From Gemmatimonadota bacterium (GTDB taxonomy: Bacteria > Gemmatimonadota > Gemmatimonadetes > Palauibacterales > KS3-K002), in NCBI GenBank assembly GCA_039586795.1, contig JBDHJS010000051.1:1-23717 (forward strand): DNA of 23,717 nt, written 5' to 3'. Below the pieces are notes generated by a model. That model ran no database searches. It was not told the DNA's origin and saw only the letters and a program-made list of their open reading frames with translations. This document shows positions 8,265-18,054 of the stretch, one piece after another. Within the stretch, counting starts at the first letter, position 1, and each line of letters starts with the position of its first letter. The position numbers were made by a program, and so were the translations under genes.

Positions 8265-10997
8265 TCACAGTTCTCCCGTGAAGAACCCCGGCTTGAGGTT
8301 ATCGCCCGGATCGAAGCCCCGTTTGAGCGCTTCGTTGAAACGCTGGCCGTCACCCGGATCGCCCCATGGATCGACCTGTCGGCGCAACTCGAACGGCGCT
8401 TCCTCGACGCGAACTCCGCCCCCGCATTCGGCGGCAACGCGGCGCAGGTCCTCGATGCGCAGCGCCCACAGTCGCTCACCTTTGGCGTCGTCGTACAACG
8501 ACATCGGCACGAAGATCCATACGCGACCCAACAGCGGCGCGGCCTGGACCAGCGGATAGTCGCTGCCGGTGAAGACGCTGGCCCGTTGGGTCACGTCGGC
8601 GGTCGCACCGCGTGGCACATCGATGCGCACGGTGAGTATCGAGCCTACCTGTGTCTCCAACGCACGCAGCATCTTCCAGGCGCCGGCGCCTTCTTCAACC
8701 AGCACACTTTCCCGGCCGGTTGATCTCTCGGCTTTCTCGATCGCGTCTTCGACGGCGCGCTCGTGCCCCAGCCAGCGGACCGCCATCCGCCAGTGGCCGG
8801 TCCTCATCTCGAGGGCATCGGCAATGGCGGGTGACACGATCTCGGCGGCGACGGGCATCAGGGACCCGTTCTTACCCAACTGGTTGGCGAAGCCGGCGAG
8901 CTGCTCGGGTCGACCGGCCACGAAGATACGCGTCTCGTCGGTTTGCGGTAGCGCGTGAAGTCGCAGGTGCGCTTCCGTGATGATGCCCAGCGTACCCCAA
9001 CTGCCGGTAAACAACCGCACCATATCATAGCCGGCAACGTTCTTCACGACTCGACCGCCGGCCTTCACGATCCGGCCGTCGGCCCGCACGACCGTGAGCC
9101 CGAGGACCAGGTCCCTCGGCGTTCCGTAGCCCGCTGCTAGCGGGCCCGCCGCGTTCGTCGCGATAGCGCCGCCCACCGTCCCGCTGCCCAGCGGATCGAT
9201 GGGCCACCACTGGTTGCCTTCGGCTAGCGTCGAATTGAGCGACGACAGACTCACGCCAGCCTGAGCGGTTGCCAGCAGATCGTCCGGACTGTGCTCTACG
9301 TCAGCTTTCAGTCGACGCGTGCTGATGACCAGGTCAGCGCGCCGCATCCGCTCGCCGTTCGCTAACCAACCGCCCTGCCCTGCCGGTACGACCGCCCACC
9401 CGCGATCCGTCGCGAGCTTCATCAGCTCTGACAGTTCTTCAACCGATTCCGGCGCTGCGACCACGGCAGCACGCTCGCCGTTGATCTGGAACGCCGCGCC
9501 ATCCTTGATCAAGCACTTCGGCCCCAGCTCCGACCCTACGTCACTTGCGACGTCTTTGGGCGACGGCATGGTGGGCGCCAGGCCGGGCGCTTCGGCGGGC
9601 CGGCCCGTCGATTCTTCCGGAAGCAACTTGCCGGGATTGCACAGACCTCTGGGGTCGAACGCGTTCTTCACCCAACCCATCGCCTGACAATCGTCGTCCG
9701 AATAGACGAGCGTCATGTACTTCCGCTTGTCGAGCCCAACGCCGTGTTCGCCTGTGATGGTGCCGCCGACGGCGACGCCGGCCTCGAGAATCTCACGGCT
9801 GGCCGCGTGGACGCGCTCGACCATCTCTTCGTCGCGGTCATCGAATAGCAGGTTCGGGTGCATGTTGCCGTCGCCGGCATGGAACACGTTCGTGACTTTA
9901 AGGTCGTACTTGCCGGCGACCTCATAGACGCGCGCCAGCATCGCCGGCAGCTTGCTGCGCGGGACGGTGACATCGAGCACGACCAGCGCCGAGCTCAGTC
10001 GACCCATGGCGCCGAACGCCGACTTCCGCGCCTTCCAGAACCTCAGACGGTCTGCCTCGTTCTTGGCGCGAGCCACTTCTCTGGCGCCGTGGTCCTTCAA
10101 CAACGCGTCCACGTCGCCGGCCTGATCGATCAGTCCAGCCTTCGGTCCGTCGAGCTCCACGATCAGCGACGCGGCGACATCGGTTGGGAAGCCCGCCGCG
10201 AAAACCGACTCTTCCACGGCACGGATCGTGTTGACATCCATCATTTCAAGGGCGGTCGGCAGAATGCCGGCGGCGATGATCGCCGACACGGCGCGACCGG
10301 CGGCCTCGATGTCGTCGAAGTGGGCGAGTAGCGTTTCGGCCGCCGGAGGGATGGGAACCAGCTTGATCTCGATCTCGCTGCAGATGCCCAGCGTTCCCTC
10401 CGAACCGACGAACAAACCGACCAGGTCGTAGCCCGGCCGTCCGTCCGGAGGCAGGTCGATCAGCTCACCGTCGGGAGCGACGATCGTGAGGCCGAGGATG
10501 TGGTTGGTCGTGACCCCATACTTGAGGCAGTGAGGGCCGCCGGCGTTCTCCGCCACGTTGCCGCCGAGCGTGCAGGCCGGCTGACTCGACGGATCGGGCG
10601 CGTACATCAATCCGTGAGGAGCCGCCGCTTCGCTCAATCGCGCGTTCACCGTGCCCGGCTGCACCCGGGCCCGCCCGTTCTCCTCGTCGAGCCAGAGTAC
10701 GCGGTTCATCCTAGATAGCTCGACGACTACGGCGCCTTCGGCCAGCGCCCCTCCCGACAGACCCGTTCCCGCGCCACGGGCCACGTACGGCACTTGGTTC
10801 TTGTATAGGAGAGAGACTACCCGTTGCAGCTCCTCGGTGTCGTGCACGAAGACGACGCCGCCGGGCGTTGACCGCCAGATGGCCAGCGCATCCGACTCGT
10901 AGGGGAGCAGTTCGGCCGGGTCGGTGAGCACCGACTCGCGACCTACTATTCCGGCAAGCTCGCTCTCTATAGAGCGCTTAAGAGAGGACGTAGGCAT
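8265..10997 (-). CDS. FAD-linked oxidase: GlcD-like domain fused to a GlcE-like domain
   Basis: N-half GlcD motifs ARGAGTGLSGGA, PDPSS...LGGNVAENAGGPHCLKYGVT, HAGDGNMHP, GEHGVG, FDPRGLCNPGK. C-half GlcE motifs GGRVVKNVAGYDMVRLFTGSWGTLG and FDPGDNLKPG. Start taken as ATG 10997. Confidence 0.88.
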   Translation of the reverse strand: MPTSSLKRSIESELAGIVGRESVLTDPAELLPYESDALAIWRSTPGGVVFVHDTEELQRVVSLLYKNQVPYVARGAGTGLSGGALAEGAVVVELSRMNRVLWLDEENGRARVQPGTVNARLSEAAAPHGLMYAPDPSSQPACTLGGNVAENAGGPHCLKYGVTTNHILGLTIVAPDGELIDLPPDGRPGYDLVGLFVGSEGTLGICSEIEIKLVPIPPAAETLLAHFDDIEAAGRAVSAIIAAGILPTALEMMDVNTIRAVEESVFAAGFPTDVAASLIVELDGPKAGLIDQAGDVDALLKDHGAREVARAKNEADRLRFWKARKSAFGAMGRLSSALVVLDVTVPRSKLPAMLARVYEVAGKYDLKVTNVFHAGDGNMHPNLLFDDRDEEMVERVHAASREILEAGVAVGGTITGEHGVGLDKRKYMTLVYSDDDCQAMGWVKNAFDPRGLCNPGKLLPEESTGRPAEAPGLAPTMPSPKDVASDVGSELGPKCLIKDGAAFQINGERAAVVAAPESVEELSELMKLATDRGWAVVPAGQGGWLANGERMRRADLVISTRRLKADVEHSPDDLLATAQAGVSLSSLNSTLAEGNQWWPIDPLGSGTVGGAIATNAAGPLAAGYGTPRDLVLGLTVVRADGRIVKAGGRVVKNVAGYDMVRLFTGSWGTLGIITEAHLRLHALPQTDETRIFVAGRPEQLAGFANQLGKNGSLMPVAAEIVSPAIADALEMRTGHWRMAVRWLGHERAVEDAIEKAERSTGRESVLVEEGAGAWKMLRALETQVGSILTVRIDVPRGATADVTQRASVFTGSDYPLVQAAPLLGRVWIFVPMSLYDDAKGERLWALRIEDLRRVAAECGGGVRVEEAPFELRRQVDPWGDPGDGQRFNEALKRGFDPGDNLKPGFFTGEL

Positions 10998-11040
10998 GAC
11001 CCCGGGACGATACCCATCCGGGCCATGCCCACGCAAGCGA

Positions 11041-13134
11041 CTAAGGTAGGAAGTCGCTGATCAACCAGAACTCGGATTCGTCACCGGTCGCCATCATGAA
11101 CGTGATCTTCGAGCCGTCCGGCGACCATCCGAACTCACTGAGATGATATTCCTCAGGGAGCCCGGTCTGCAGCTCGGTCGTCTCACCTGTGGCCAGGGTC
11201 GTGATCCAGATCTTGCCGCCGGAGTTGTGGGCGATCATCGAGCCGTCGGGAGAATAGGCCAGTTGACTGTGACGAACGTGCCGCACCTCGGCGACCAGCA
11301 CCTCCGGTGCCCCACCCTCGACGGGCATCGTCACAATCGCACCGTCCGAGAAGTAGGCGATCCGCTCGCCGTCCGGCGAGAAGGCGATAGCGCCAACACC
11401 GACGATGTCTGCCTCGGTGGTGATCTGCGTCATCTCGCCGCCAACTGCGGGTATCAAGTAGATCGCGTTGACGCCCTCGCCGTCCGACGTCTCGAGCCGA
11501 TCGACAAACGCGACCGACTGCCCGTCGGGAGACCAACAGGGGTACCTCTCATGGGTCTCGTCACTGGTCAGTCGAGTCGGGCTACTGCCGTCCAGTGGGA
11601 TCACCCAGGCGTCCAGAGTCTCTTCCGAGCCTGGCCGCGGGCGGGCGCTGACGACGAGCTTCTGCCCATCGGGCGAGATATTGTGGCCACCGCCCGGCAC
11701 GCGAGAGCTGAGCGCCGGTCCTGGCCACGGCACTTCGACGAGGTCGCCGCCGTCGGCAGCGACGTGCGCCACCCTGACCTGGGGATCGGGGGTGACCGAC
11801 CTGAAGAAGATGCGCTCTCCGTCGGGTGACCATCTCGGATAGTAGACCACGCCCTCGGGAGTCACCTGCACCGCCTTTCCTCCTGAGGAAGGAACGGTGT
11901 AGACGGCGCTGCGGAACGGCGAGCGAATGAAGAGCCCGATTTCTCCCTCCGGCGTCCAGCCCGCCAGCAAGCCACCGCTGAGGCCGGGTAACGCGATCTT
12001 GGTAGGCTCTCCCGCGCTGCGGGCCTCGGGTGCCAACGGGTACACCCATACTTCTCTGGCCCCCATATCCGTTCGGCCCTGGAAGGCGAGAAACCTTCCG
12101 TCGGGCGACCAGACAGGCCCCAAGTAGCGGCCGTCCTCGCGGGCAAGCTTGATAGGCGGCCCACCGGAGGAGCGTACAACCCAGAGGTCGCTGTCATACC
12201 GCGTCTGGACATCTTCTGTCGGCTCGACCTTTTCACTAAGAGTCACATACGCGATGAGCTCGCCGTCCGGGGAAAAAGCAGGGAAGTACCCCGGGACCGA
12301 CGAGATCTGCTGTGGCTCACCCCCATTCGTAGGGATCACATGAATGAGTCCCGCAAAGTAATCCGCGTTCTCTTCGTCTGCGTCCGGCACAAGTGCCGTG
12401 AACGCGAGGTTATCACCACCCGGAGACAAGCTCAGGCGGTATCCGTAGGCCCCATCCCGTTTTGGAAGTTCGATCATGCGGGGCTCGCCGCCAGACGCCG
12501 AGACGATGTATGCGGCATCCTCGCCATCTTCACCGCCATTGACTGCGATCCATTCCCCGTCCCCCGACCAGGCGAGCGTGTTGCCGAAATTCCAGGCGCC
12601 GGGGATATCGGCGATGCGCACCGGCTCGCCGGCTATGTTCGCGCCGACGTTACCCTGCAACGGAACCACCCATACGGCATCGTCCGAGGTGAAGGCTAGT
12701 CTGGTGCCGTCGGGTGACAGGACGCCGTTCTGCGGCTCGCTGGCGATCTCGATTTTGCGGAAGGTCGGCTTGCGGTTCAGTTCGGCCAGCTCGCGCTCGA
12801 GGCTGTTCAGCCGCTCACGCGCCACCGTCACCTCATCGGTGTGGTCCGGGTAGTCCGCGATCACTCGCCGGTAGGCCTGCTGCGCCTCCGTAAACCCCAG
12901 TTTCTCGTAACAGAGCCCGATATGTAGTTGCGCCTTCGCCGCCACCGACCGGTTGTCACGGAACTCTTCGAGGATTCTCTCGAAGCCGTCGATCGCGCCC
13001 TCCAGGTTGCCTTGCACCTCTTCCTGGTAGAGAGCGGCTTGGTAGACCTCTTCGGCCGTCTGCTGTGCGTGCGCCGTGGACTCCGCAGCCACGGCGGCGA
13101 CGAGAATAGCCAGGGCAACTCTACGCGCCTTCAT
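11041..13134 (-). CDS. Exported TPR + PD40 (TolB-like) beta-propeller protein, paralogue 3
   Basis: Signal peptide ending AHA-QQ. TPR-like AEEVYQAALYQEEVQGNLEGAI...AQLHIGLCYEKLG, followed by many (W/F)SPDG repeats. Confidence 0.85.
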   Translation of the reverse strand: MKARRVALAILVAAVAAESTAHAQQTAEEVYQAALYQEEVQGNLEGAIDGFERILEEFRDNRSVAAKAQLHIGLCYEKLGFTEAQQAYRRVIADYPDHTDEVTVARERLNSLERELAELNRKPTFRKIEIASEPQNGVLSPDGTRLAFTSDDAVWVVPLQGNVGANIAGEPVRIADIPGAWNFGNTLAWSGDGEWIAVNGGEDGEDAAYIVSASGGEPRMIELPKRDGAYGYRLSLSPGGDNLAFTALVPDADEENADYFAGLIHVIPTNGGEPQQISSVPGYFPAFSPDGELIAYVTLSEKVEPTEDVQTRYDSDLWVVRSSGGPPIKLAREDGRYLGPVWSPDGRFLAFQGRTDMGAREVWVYPLAPEARSAGEPTKIALPGLSGGLLAGWTPEGEIGLFIRSPFRSAVYTVPSSGGKAVQVTPEGVVYYPRWSPDGERIFFRSVTPDPQVRVAHVAADGGDLVEVPWPGPALSSRVPGGGHNISPDGQKLVVSARPRPGSEETLDAWVIPLDGSSPTRLTSDETHERYPCWSPDGQSVAFVDRLETSDGEGVNAIYLIPAVGGEMTQITTEADIVGVGAIAFSPDGERIAYFSDGAIVTMPVEGGAPEVLVAEVRHVRHSQLAYSPDGSMIAHNSGGKIWITTLATGETTELQTGLPEEYHLSEFGWSPDGSKITFMMATGDESEFWLISDFLP

Positions 13135-13172
13135 GATTCGATCTCCTTCAACGATCTCCGCGCCGTCGACCG

Positions 13173-13637
13173 CTATCTCGATGCGGTCCAGCTACCCGAA
13201 CACGTGCCGCCCGCTACCGAGCCTTCCCAGGTGCCTGAGGCTTCGCTTCCGGAATTGGCAAACGACCCGCTGATTGTGATCGGCCAATCGGTACCCATCG
13301 GATCGTGGTTCACATCCCTACTTAGAGTGAATGCGCGATTGGAAATAGCCGGCGTGTTTCCGGTGTAGCTCGATGAAATATTCCCGCCCAGAATTGCTGA
13401 TGAGTTTCCGCATCGCCAGCTACTGAACGTCATCGACATCGCGCTTATCGATGAGGCGCCTGAAGCCACGGTGAAGGTGAATGTGAAGCCGGCGGAACCC
13501 GTAGTGGCGGTCCACTGACCGGTCTGTATCGCGCTCGGTTGACCGTTGCCGTTCGTTCCCGTGACTTCGTCGTCGCCGCAGGCGAACACCGGGAGAAGAC
13601 AAATGACTCCGAGTGCGACGAGCGTGCGGCAGTTCAT
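13173..13637 (-). CDS. Hypothetical lipoprotein, Ser/Thr/Gly-rich and beta-rich
   Basis: SD GGAGGT precedes ATG 13637. Lipobox VFAC-GDD. Two further Cys (WRCG, GTCSG). The ORF fills the gap between paralogues. Confidence 0.75.
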   Translation of the reverse strand: MNCRTLVALGVICLLPVFACGDDEVTGTNGNGQPSAIQTGQWTATTGSAGFTFTFTVASGASSISAMSMTFSSWRCGNSSAILGGNISSSYTGNTPAISNRAFTLSRDVNHDPMGTDWPITISGSFANSGSEASGTWEGSVAGGTCSGSWTASR

Positions 13638-13685
13638 GACTACCTCCAGCCAGGGTGATGTGCTTTCATGATGATTCACTCTCCT

Positions 13686-15791
13686 TCAGCGCTCCCCGCC
13701 CGCCGGCAGGAAGTCACTGATCATCCACAACTCTGCTTCACCGCCAGTCGATGCGGCGAACACGAGTCTCTCGCCATCCGGCGACCAGTCGATGTGCAGG
13801 TTTTGAGCATCAGCTGTGAGCACGCTCGTCTCGACCTCAACCGGTTCGCCTCCTTCGACCGGAACGACCCAGATGCTCCCGCGTCCGGTGTAGGCAAGCC
13901 TTCGGCTGTCGGGCGACCAGGCCATCTCGCTGTGGCTACCGACCCTTTCCATCTCCACGACGACTCGGCCCTCGCCGCCCTCCACGGGCCTGATCTTGAG
14001 CGCACTCTTCGTGAAGTAGGCGAGCCACTTGCCATCGGGTGAATACGAAATGGTCGACCACGCAACGCTGTCGGCCTCAGTGGTTATCGCCTCAGCCTCT
14101 CCGCCCGTCGCCGGCACGGTGTAGATATTGATGACGAATTCGCCCTTCGATACCTCGTGATAGCGAATGAAGGCGATGGTCTTTCCATCGGCCGACCAGC
14201 ACGGAAAACGATCCTGGCTTGGGCTCCGGGTGATGTGTGTCGGCTCGCCGCCTTCGATGGGGACGGACCAAATATCCACCTCGAGAGGCCGGATACTCCT
14301 CTTGTAGGCCATGAAGAGAATCGTCTTGCCGTCCGGCGAGATCTGGTTTCCACCGCCTGGGATACCCGGTATGAGGCTGGAATCAGATACGATGGGTATG
14401 GGCACCGGCTCGCCGCCCTCCGCCGGCACCGAATAGAGAGTCGGGGCTTCCCGGTATACGATGCGCTTGCCGTCGGGCGTCCAGCGGGGGTGAAAGGCGT
14501 AGCCACTCGCAGTAATCTGAACGGCCTTGCCTCCCTCGACCGGCACCGTATAGACGGCCTGTTGCATCTCGTTGTTCATGAAGACGCCCAGCTCGTCGTC
14601 CGGCGTCCAACCCGAGATCACATATAGGCCCTCCAGAGGGAGCGGGATCTTGATCGTCTCGCCGGCGCGTTGTCCATCTTCGGAGATCGGGATGATCCAC
14701 ACCTCCGATTCCAACCCGTCGGGACTCGCTTCCCGGATGACCGCAATCTTGCGGCTGTCCGGCGACCAAACGGGACCGATCACCCGGGTTGAATCGATTA
14801 ACAAGACCGCTGGACCGCCTTCCACGGGCATTACCCACAGCTGGCGGAACAGGACACGTCTTTGAGAGCCGCTGGGCGCGTCTACTCTCCGCACGTAGGC
14901 CATCAGTTTCCCATTCGGTGAGTACGCAGGATACGCGGTTATCGGGTCCGTCAGTTGCGTTGGGCCTCCGCCCGCGGCCGACGCGATATAGATCGACGTT
15001 TCTGGATCGTACACGTCAGACCGATCTGGCACCGAGTCTACTCGGGCGTACGCCAGATTCTTCCCGCCCGGCGACAGACTGACGCGAAACACGTAAGGAT
15101 TGGAACCGCTCCAAAGGCTGCCCGGCATCCTTTGACGTTCGCCGCTGCTGACGGAGATCACGTAGATGCCCGTCGGCCCCTCCCTTGACCGCGTGTTGAA
15201 CGCGATCCACTCGCCGTCCGCCGACCAAGCAAGTGTGTTGCCCGTGTTGTTTGCATCCACCGGCTCAGTCAGCGGTACAGGTTCGCCGGCGATATTCGGG
15301 TCCACGTTTCCACGTATCGGCATCAGCCAGAGGCTGCCACCGGAAGTGAAGGCGAGAGTCTGACCGTCCGGCGAGAGCACCCCGTTCTGGGGCTTGCTGG
15401 CGATCTCGATCTTCCTAAAGCTCGGCTGCCGATCAAGCTCGGCTAGCGCGCGTTCGAGACTGGCTAGCCGGTCCCGCGCAACTCCGACTTCCTCGGTGTG
15501 ATCGGGGAAGTCATCGATCACGCGTCGATAAGCTTGCTGTGCTTCTCGCAGGCCAAGCTTCTCATAGCAAAGGCCGATATGAAGCTGCGCCCTGGCCCCA
15601 ACCGTACGGTTGTTGGAGAACTCGCTCAGAATCCGCCGGTAGATCTCGATAGCGCTTTCCAGATCCCCCTGGACCTCCTCCTGGTAGAGGCCAGCCTGAT
15701 ACAATTCCTCGGCCGTTTGCTGCCCGAAGCCGGACGAAGTCCAGACGAGTATGGACACAAGTATCGAGAGGGAGATCATGTATGGCTTCAT
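13686..15791 (-). CDS. Exported TPR + PD40 (TolB-like) beta-propeller protein, paralogue 2
   Basis: Signal peptide, then QQTAEELYQAGLYQEEVQGDLESAI...AQLHIGLCYEKLG and repeated WSPDG/WSADG motifs. Collinear with 11041-13134. Confidence 0.85.
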   Translation of the reverse strand: MKPYMISLSILVSILVWTSSGFGQQTAEELYQAGLYQEEVQGDLESAIEIYRRILSEFSNNRTVGARAQLHIGLCYEKLGLREAQQAYRRVIDDFPDHTEEVGVARDRLASLERALAELDRQPSFRKIEIASKPQNGVLSPDGQTLAFTSGGSLWLMPIRGNVDPNIAGEPVPLTEPVDANNTGNTLAWSADGEWIAFNTRSREGPTGIYVISVSSGERQRMPGSLWSGSNPYVFRVSLSPGGKNLAYARVDSVPDRSDVYDPETSIYIASAAGGGPTQLTDPITAYPAYSPNGKLMAYVRRVDAPSGSQRRVLFRQLWVMPVEGGPAVLLIDSTRVIGPVWSPDSRKIAVIREASPDGLESEVWIIPISEDGQRAGETIKIPLPLEGLYVISGWTPDDELGVFMNNEMQQAVYTVPVEGGKAVQITASGYAFHPRWTPDGKRIVYREAPTLYSVPAEGGEPVPIPIVSDSSLIPGIPGGGNQISPDGKTILFMAYKRSIRPLEVDIWSVPIEGGEPTHITRSPSQDRFPCWSADGKTIAFIRYHEVSKGEFVINIYTVPATGGEAEAITTEADSVAWSTISYSPDGKWLAYFTKSALKIRPVEGGEGRVVVEMERVGSHSEMAWSPDSRRLAYTGRGSIWVVPVEGGEPVEVETSVLTADAQNLHIDWSPDGERLVFAASTGGEAELWMISDFLPAGGER

Positions 15792-15834
15792 GATGCATTG
15801 CTCCTACTGTTCACGACTATTGGCGGTGTGCCGA

Positions 15835-17946
15835 CTACGGCTTCCGCTTAAGCACGTCTTTGAGATTATCCATCACCCAGATCTCGTTCTCCTGGGTGTA
15901 TATGGTCAGCGCGATGTGCCGGCCGTCGGGGCTCAACTCGAACCAGCTGCCCCATTTGCCTTCCCCAACCGTCCAGAGGTACTCGGGCTCGCCCCCGGTT
16001 GCCGCAACTCGCCACACGTGGGTTCGCCACTCGTCACCTTGTATGGGTACGGAGAACAGGATGTGCTCGCCGTCGCGTGTCCACTGCACGCTTGTCCGCC
16101 CCATGTGGGCAACGGAGTCGCCACTCGCGAAGAGCTGTCGATTGGCCCCCGTTTCAAGGTTCACCAACACAAGTCCGCCATCCTCAACCGCAACTACCAC
16201 GTAGCGACCGCCTGGACCAAGCTCCATGGGGTCCGGGAGGAGAAGCGTATCCTGATAGAGCTCACGTTCTTCACCAGACGCGAGCTCGTGACGCACCAGT
16301 CGACCAGGACCCTGTGCTTCGTTCACCGAGTAGACGATCGCCTGGCCGTCAGCAGTCCATTCCGCCGACAGCTGTTGCAACGCGAGACCTTCGGGAAGGC
16401 CTACCAGGAGAGTGACTTCCTCACTCGCCACGTCTACCGCGTAGATCCCACGACGCTGCTCTGGATTCTCTTGCGTCTCGTCCCGGCCGACAACGAGGAT
16501 CGAGCGTCCGTCGGGAGACCATTCTTCCAAGAAGCGAGCACCCATGTGGGTCGCCACCTCACGTTGCTCACCGGTCGCCATGTTCCGAATGCTGATCGTG
16601 CCCAGTTTCCCTTGCGTGCGTTCAGATTCAGTGATGAACGCGAGGTGCTGACCGTCGGGCGACCAATGGGGATTACGATTAGAACCAAGCAGTGGCGTCG
16701 CGGATTTCAGGTTCACTGTCCCGGTGGCAGGATCGAAGGGCGCAATGCTAGTGCTAAACCACCTCGTGAACACGCTATAGTAGAAGGACGCGGTCTCGCT
16801 GAACCCTACGCTACTCACTTCGCCTAGATCGCGTTGCAGCTTACGAGGCGGTCCCGCGACCTCGTCGTCGCGGATCGAAGCGGCCCAGAGATCCCAAGTG
16901 CCATCTCGATCGCTTAGAAACAGCACCTCGCTGGTTGACGGAACCCAGCCAAGCAGATGATCCTTCGCCGGATGTTGGATCAGGGGAACCTGTTCAGCGC
17001 CGTCGAGCGGCAGTAGCCATATGTCGAAATTCCCGTCGTCCTGCTCGACCGGGCCGCCGTAGACGAGATTCTGATCGTCCGGTGACAACCACGATCGGAG
17101 GGCGTACTTACTGCTTGGGACTTCGTGGACTATCTGAACGCCCCCATCGGCTACCGACACCAAGACGATACTGAATGTCCCCTGCGGGCTGTCCTCGGAC
17201 CAACAACTCCAACGGGCGGCAACGTGTCGGCCATCGGACGTCCATCCGTACGGATGGACCCAACAACCCTTCTCTCTCAGAAGGTCGCGAACGTTCTCGC
17301 CATCCATCCCGACGACGCGGAGGCTTCCACCCTGACCTTGCTCGGAGTAACCGTGCGCGACCCACTTTCCATCCGGCGACACTCTGCCCGAGTACGAAAT
17401 GGCCCACGGTTCGGTCATTCTGGCGTCTTGCGTCAGATATCGGCTTCTGCCGGTGGCGACATCCCGGACTGCCAGGTTGCCGGTCTTCTGCCCGTCAGTC
17501 CACACGAGGTGCTTCCCGTCGGGTGTCGGGGAGCTTGCGCTGGCATTCGGTCCCGACCACAAGCGACGCGTCGTGATACCCGACTCCTCTGCGGCTCGAA
17601 TTGCGCGCTGAAGCGCCGCCAAGCGCAGGCGCGCCTCTGCCGCGGCCTCACTCTGATCGGCATAGTCGTTCAACAAACGCTCGTAGGCATTGCTTGCCTC
17701 GGTTCGCCCGAGCTTCTCGTAGCAGTTGCCAAGTCGCAGCAACGCCTTAGCGGCCACCGCACGGACATCGCCGTGCTGTGCTACGATCTCTCGATAGAGC
17801 CGAATAGCCTGCTCGAGATCGCCTTTCACCTCCTCCTCGTACAGCCCGGCCTGGTATAGCTCCTCGGCGGTTTGCTGAGCGTAACTCTGCGCGGAGCAGA
17901 CCAGCGCCAGCGCCAGGGCTACTGTCATAACGCTTTGCGGTTTCAT
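15835..17946 (-). CDS. Exported TPR + PD40 (TolB-like) beta-propeller protein, paralogue 1
   Basis: AGGAG SD precedes ATG 17946. Signal peptide ending SYA-QQ, then AEELYQAGLYEEEVKGDLEQAI...ALLRLGNCYEKLG and SPDG repeats. Confidence 0.85.
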   Translation of the reverse strand: MKPQSVMTVALALALVCSAQSYAQQTAEELYQAGLYEEEVKGDLEQAIRLYREIVAQHGDVRAVAAKALLRLGNCYEKLGRTEASNAYERLLNDYADQSEAAAEARLRLAALQRAIRAAEESGITTRRLWSGPNASASSPTPDGKHLVWTDGQKTGNLAVRDVATGRSRYLTQDARMTEPWAISYSGRVSPDGKWVAHGYSEQGQGGSLRVVGMDGENVRDLLREKGCWVHPYGWTSDGRHVAARWSCWSEDSPQGTFSIVLVSVADGGVQIVHEVPSSKYALRSWLSPDDQNLVYGGPVEQDDGNFDIWLLPLDGAEQVPLIQHPAKDHLLGWVPSTSEVLFLSDRDGTWDLWAASIRDDEVAGPPRKLQRDLGEVSSVGFSETASFYYSVFTRWFSTSIAPFDPATGTVNLKSATPLLGSNRNPHWSPDGQHLAFITESERTQGKLGTISIRNMATGEQREVATHMGARFLEEWSPDGRSILVVGRDETQENPEQRRGIYAVDVASEEVTLLVGLPEGLALQQLSAEWTADGQAIVYSVNEAQGPGRLVRHELASGEERELYQDTLLLPDPMELGPGGRYVVVAVEDGGLVLVNLETGANRQLFASGDSVAHMGRTSVQWTRDGEHILFSVPIQGDEWRTHVWRVAATGGEPEYLWTVGEGKWGSWFELSPDGRHIALTIYTQENEIWVMDNLKDVLKRKP

Positions 17947-18037
17947 GATCGACACTCCTGAGAGGTGCTCCCGGTGTAGCTCGAGTCGAATCTAGGGGAG
18001 CACGCCCAAGGATGATTGAAGGATTCGTGGCGCGAGT

Positions 18038-18054
18038 GTTAAGAGATGGTTAAG
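18038..18054 (-). promoter_or_regulatory. Candidate OmpR-family binding box CTTAAC-N5-CTTAAC
   Basis: GTTAAG at 18038-43 and 18049-54 on + (11-bp period), about 90 bp upstream of the TPR-PD40 cluster. Confidence 0.5.

Noticed and set aside
15751..16827. 358-aa plus-strand ORF and similar long antisense ORFs (e.g. 931-2019, 609-1451, 17125-17859)
   Set aside because: Shadow frames of well-supported genes in GC-rich DNA, with no recognisable motifs.
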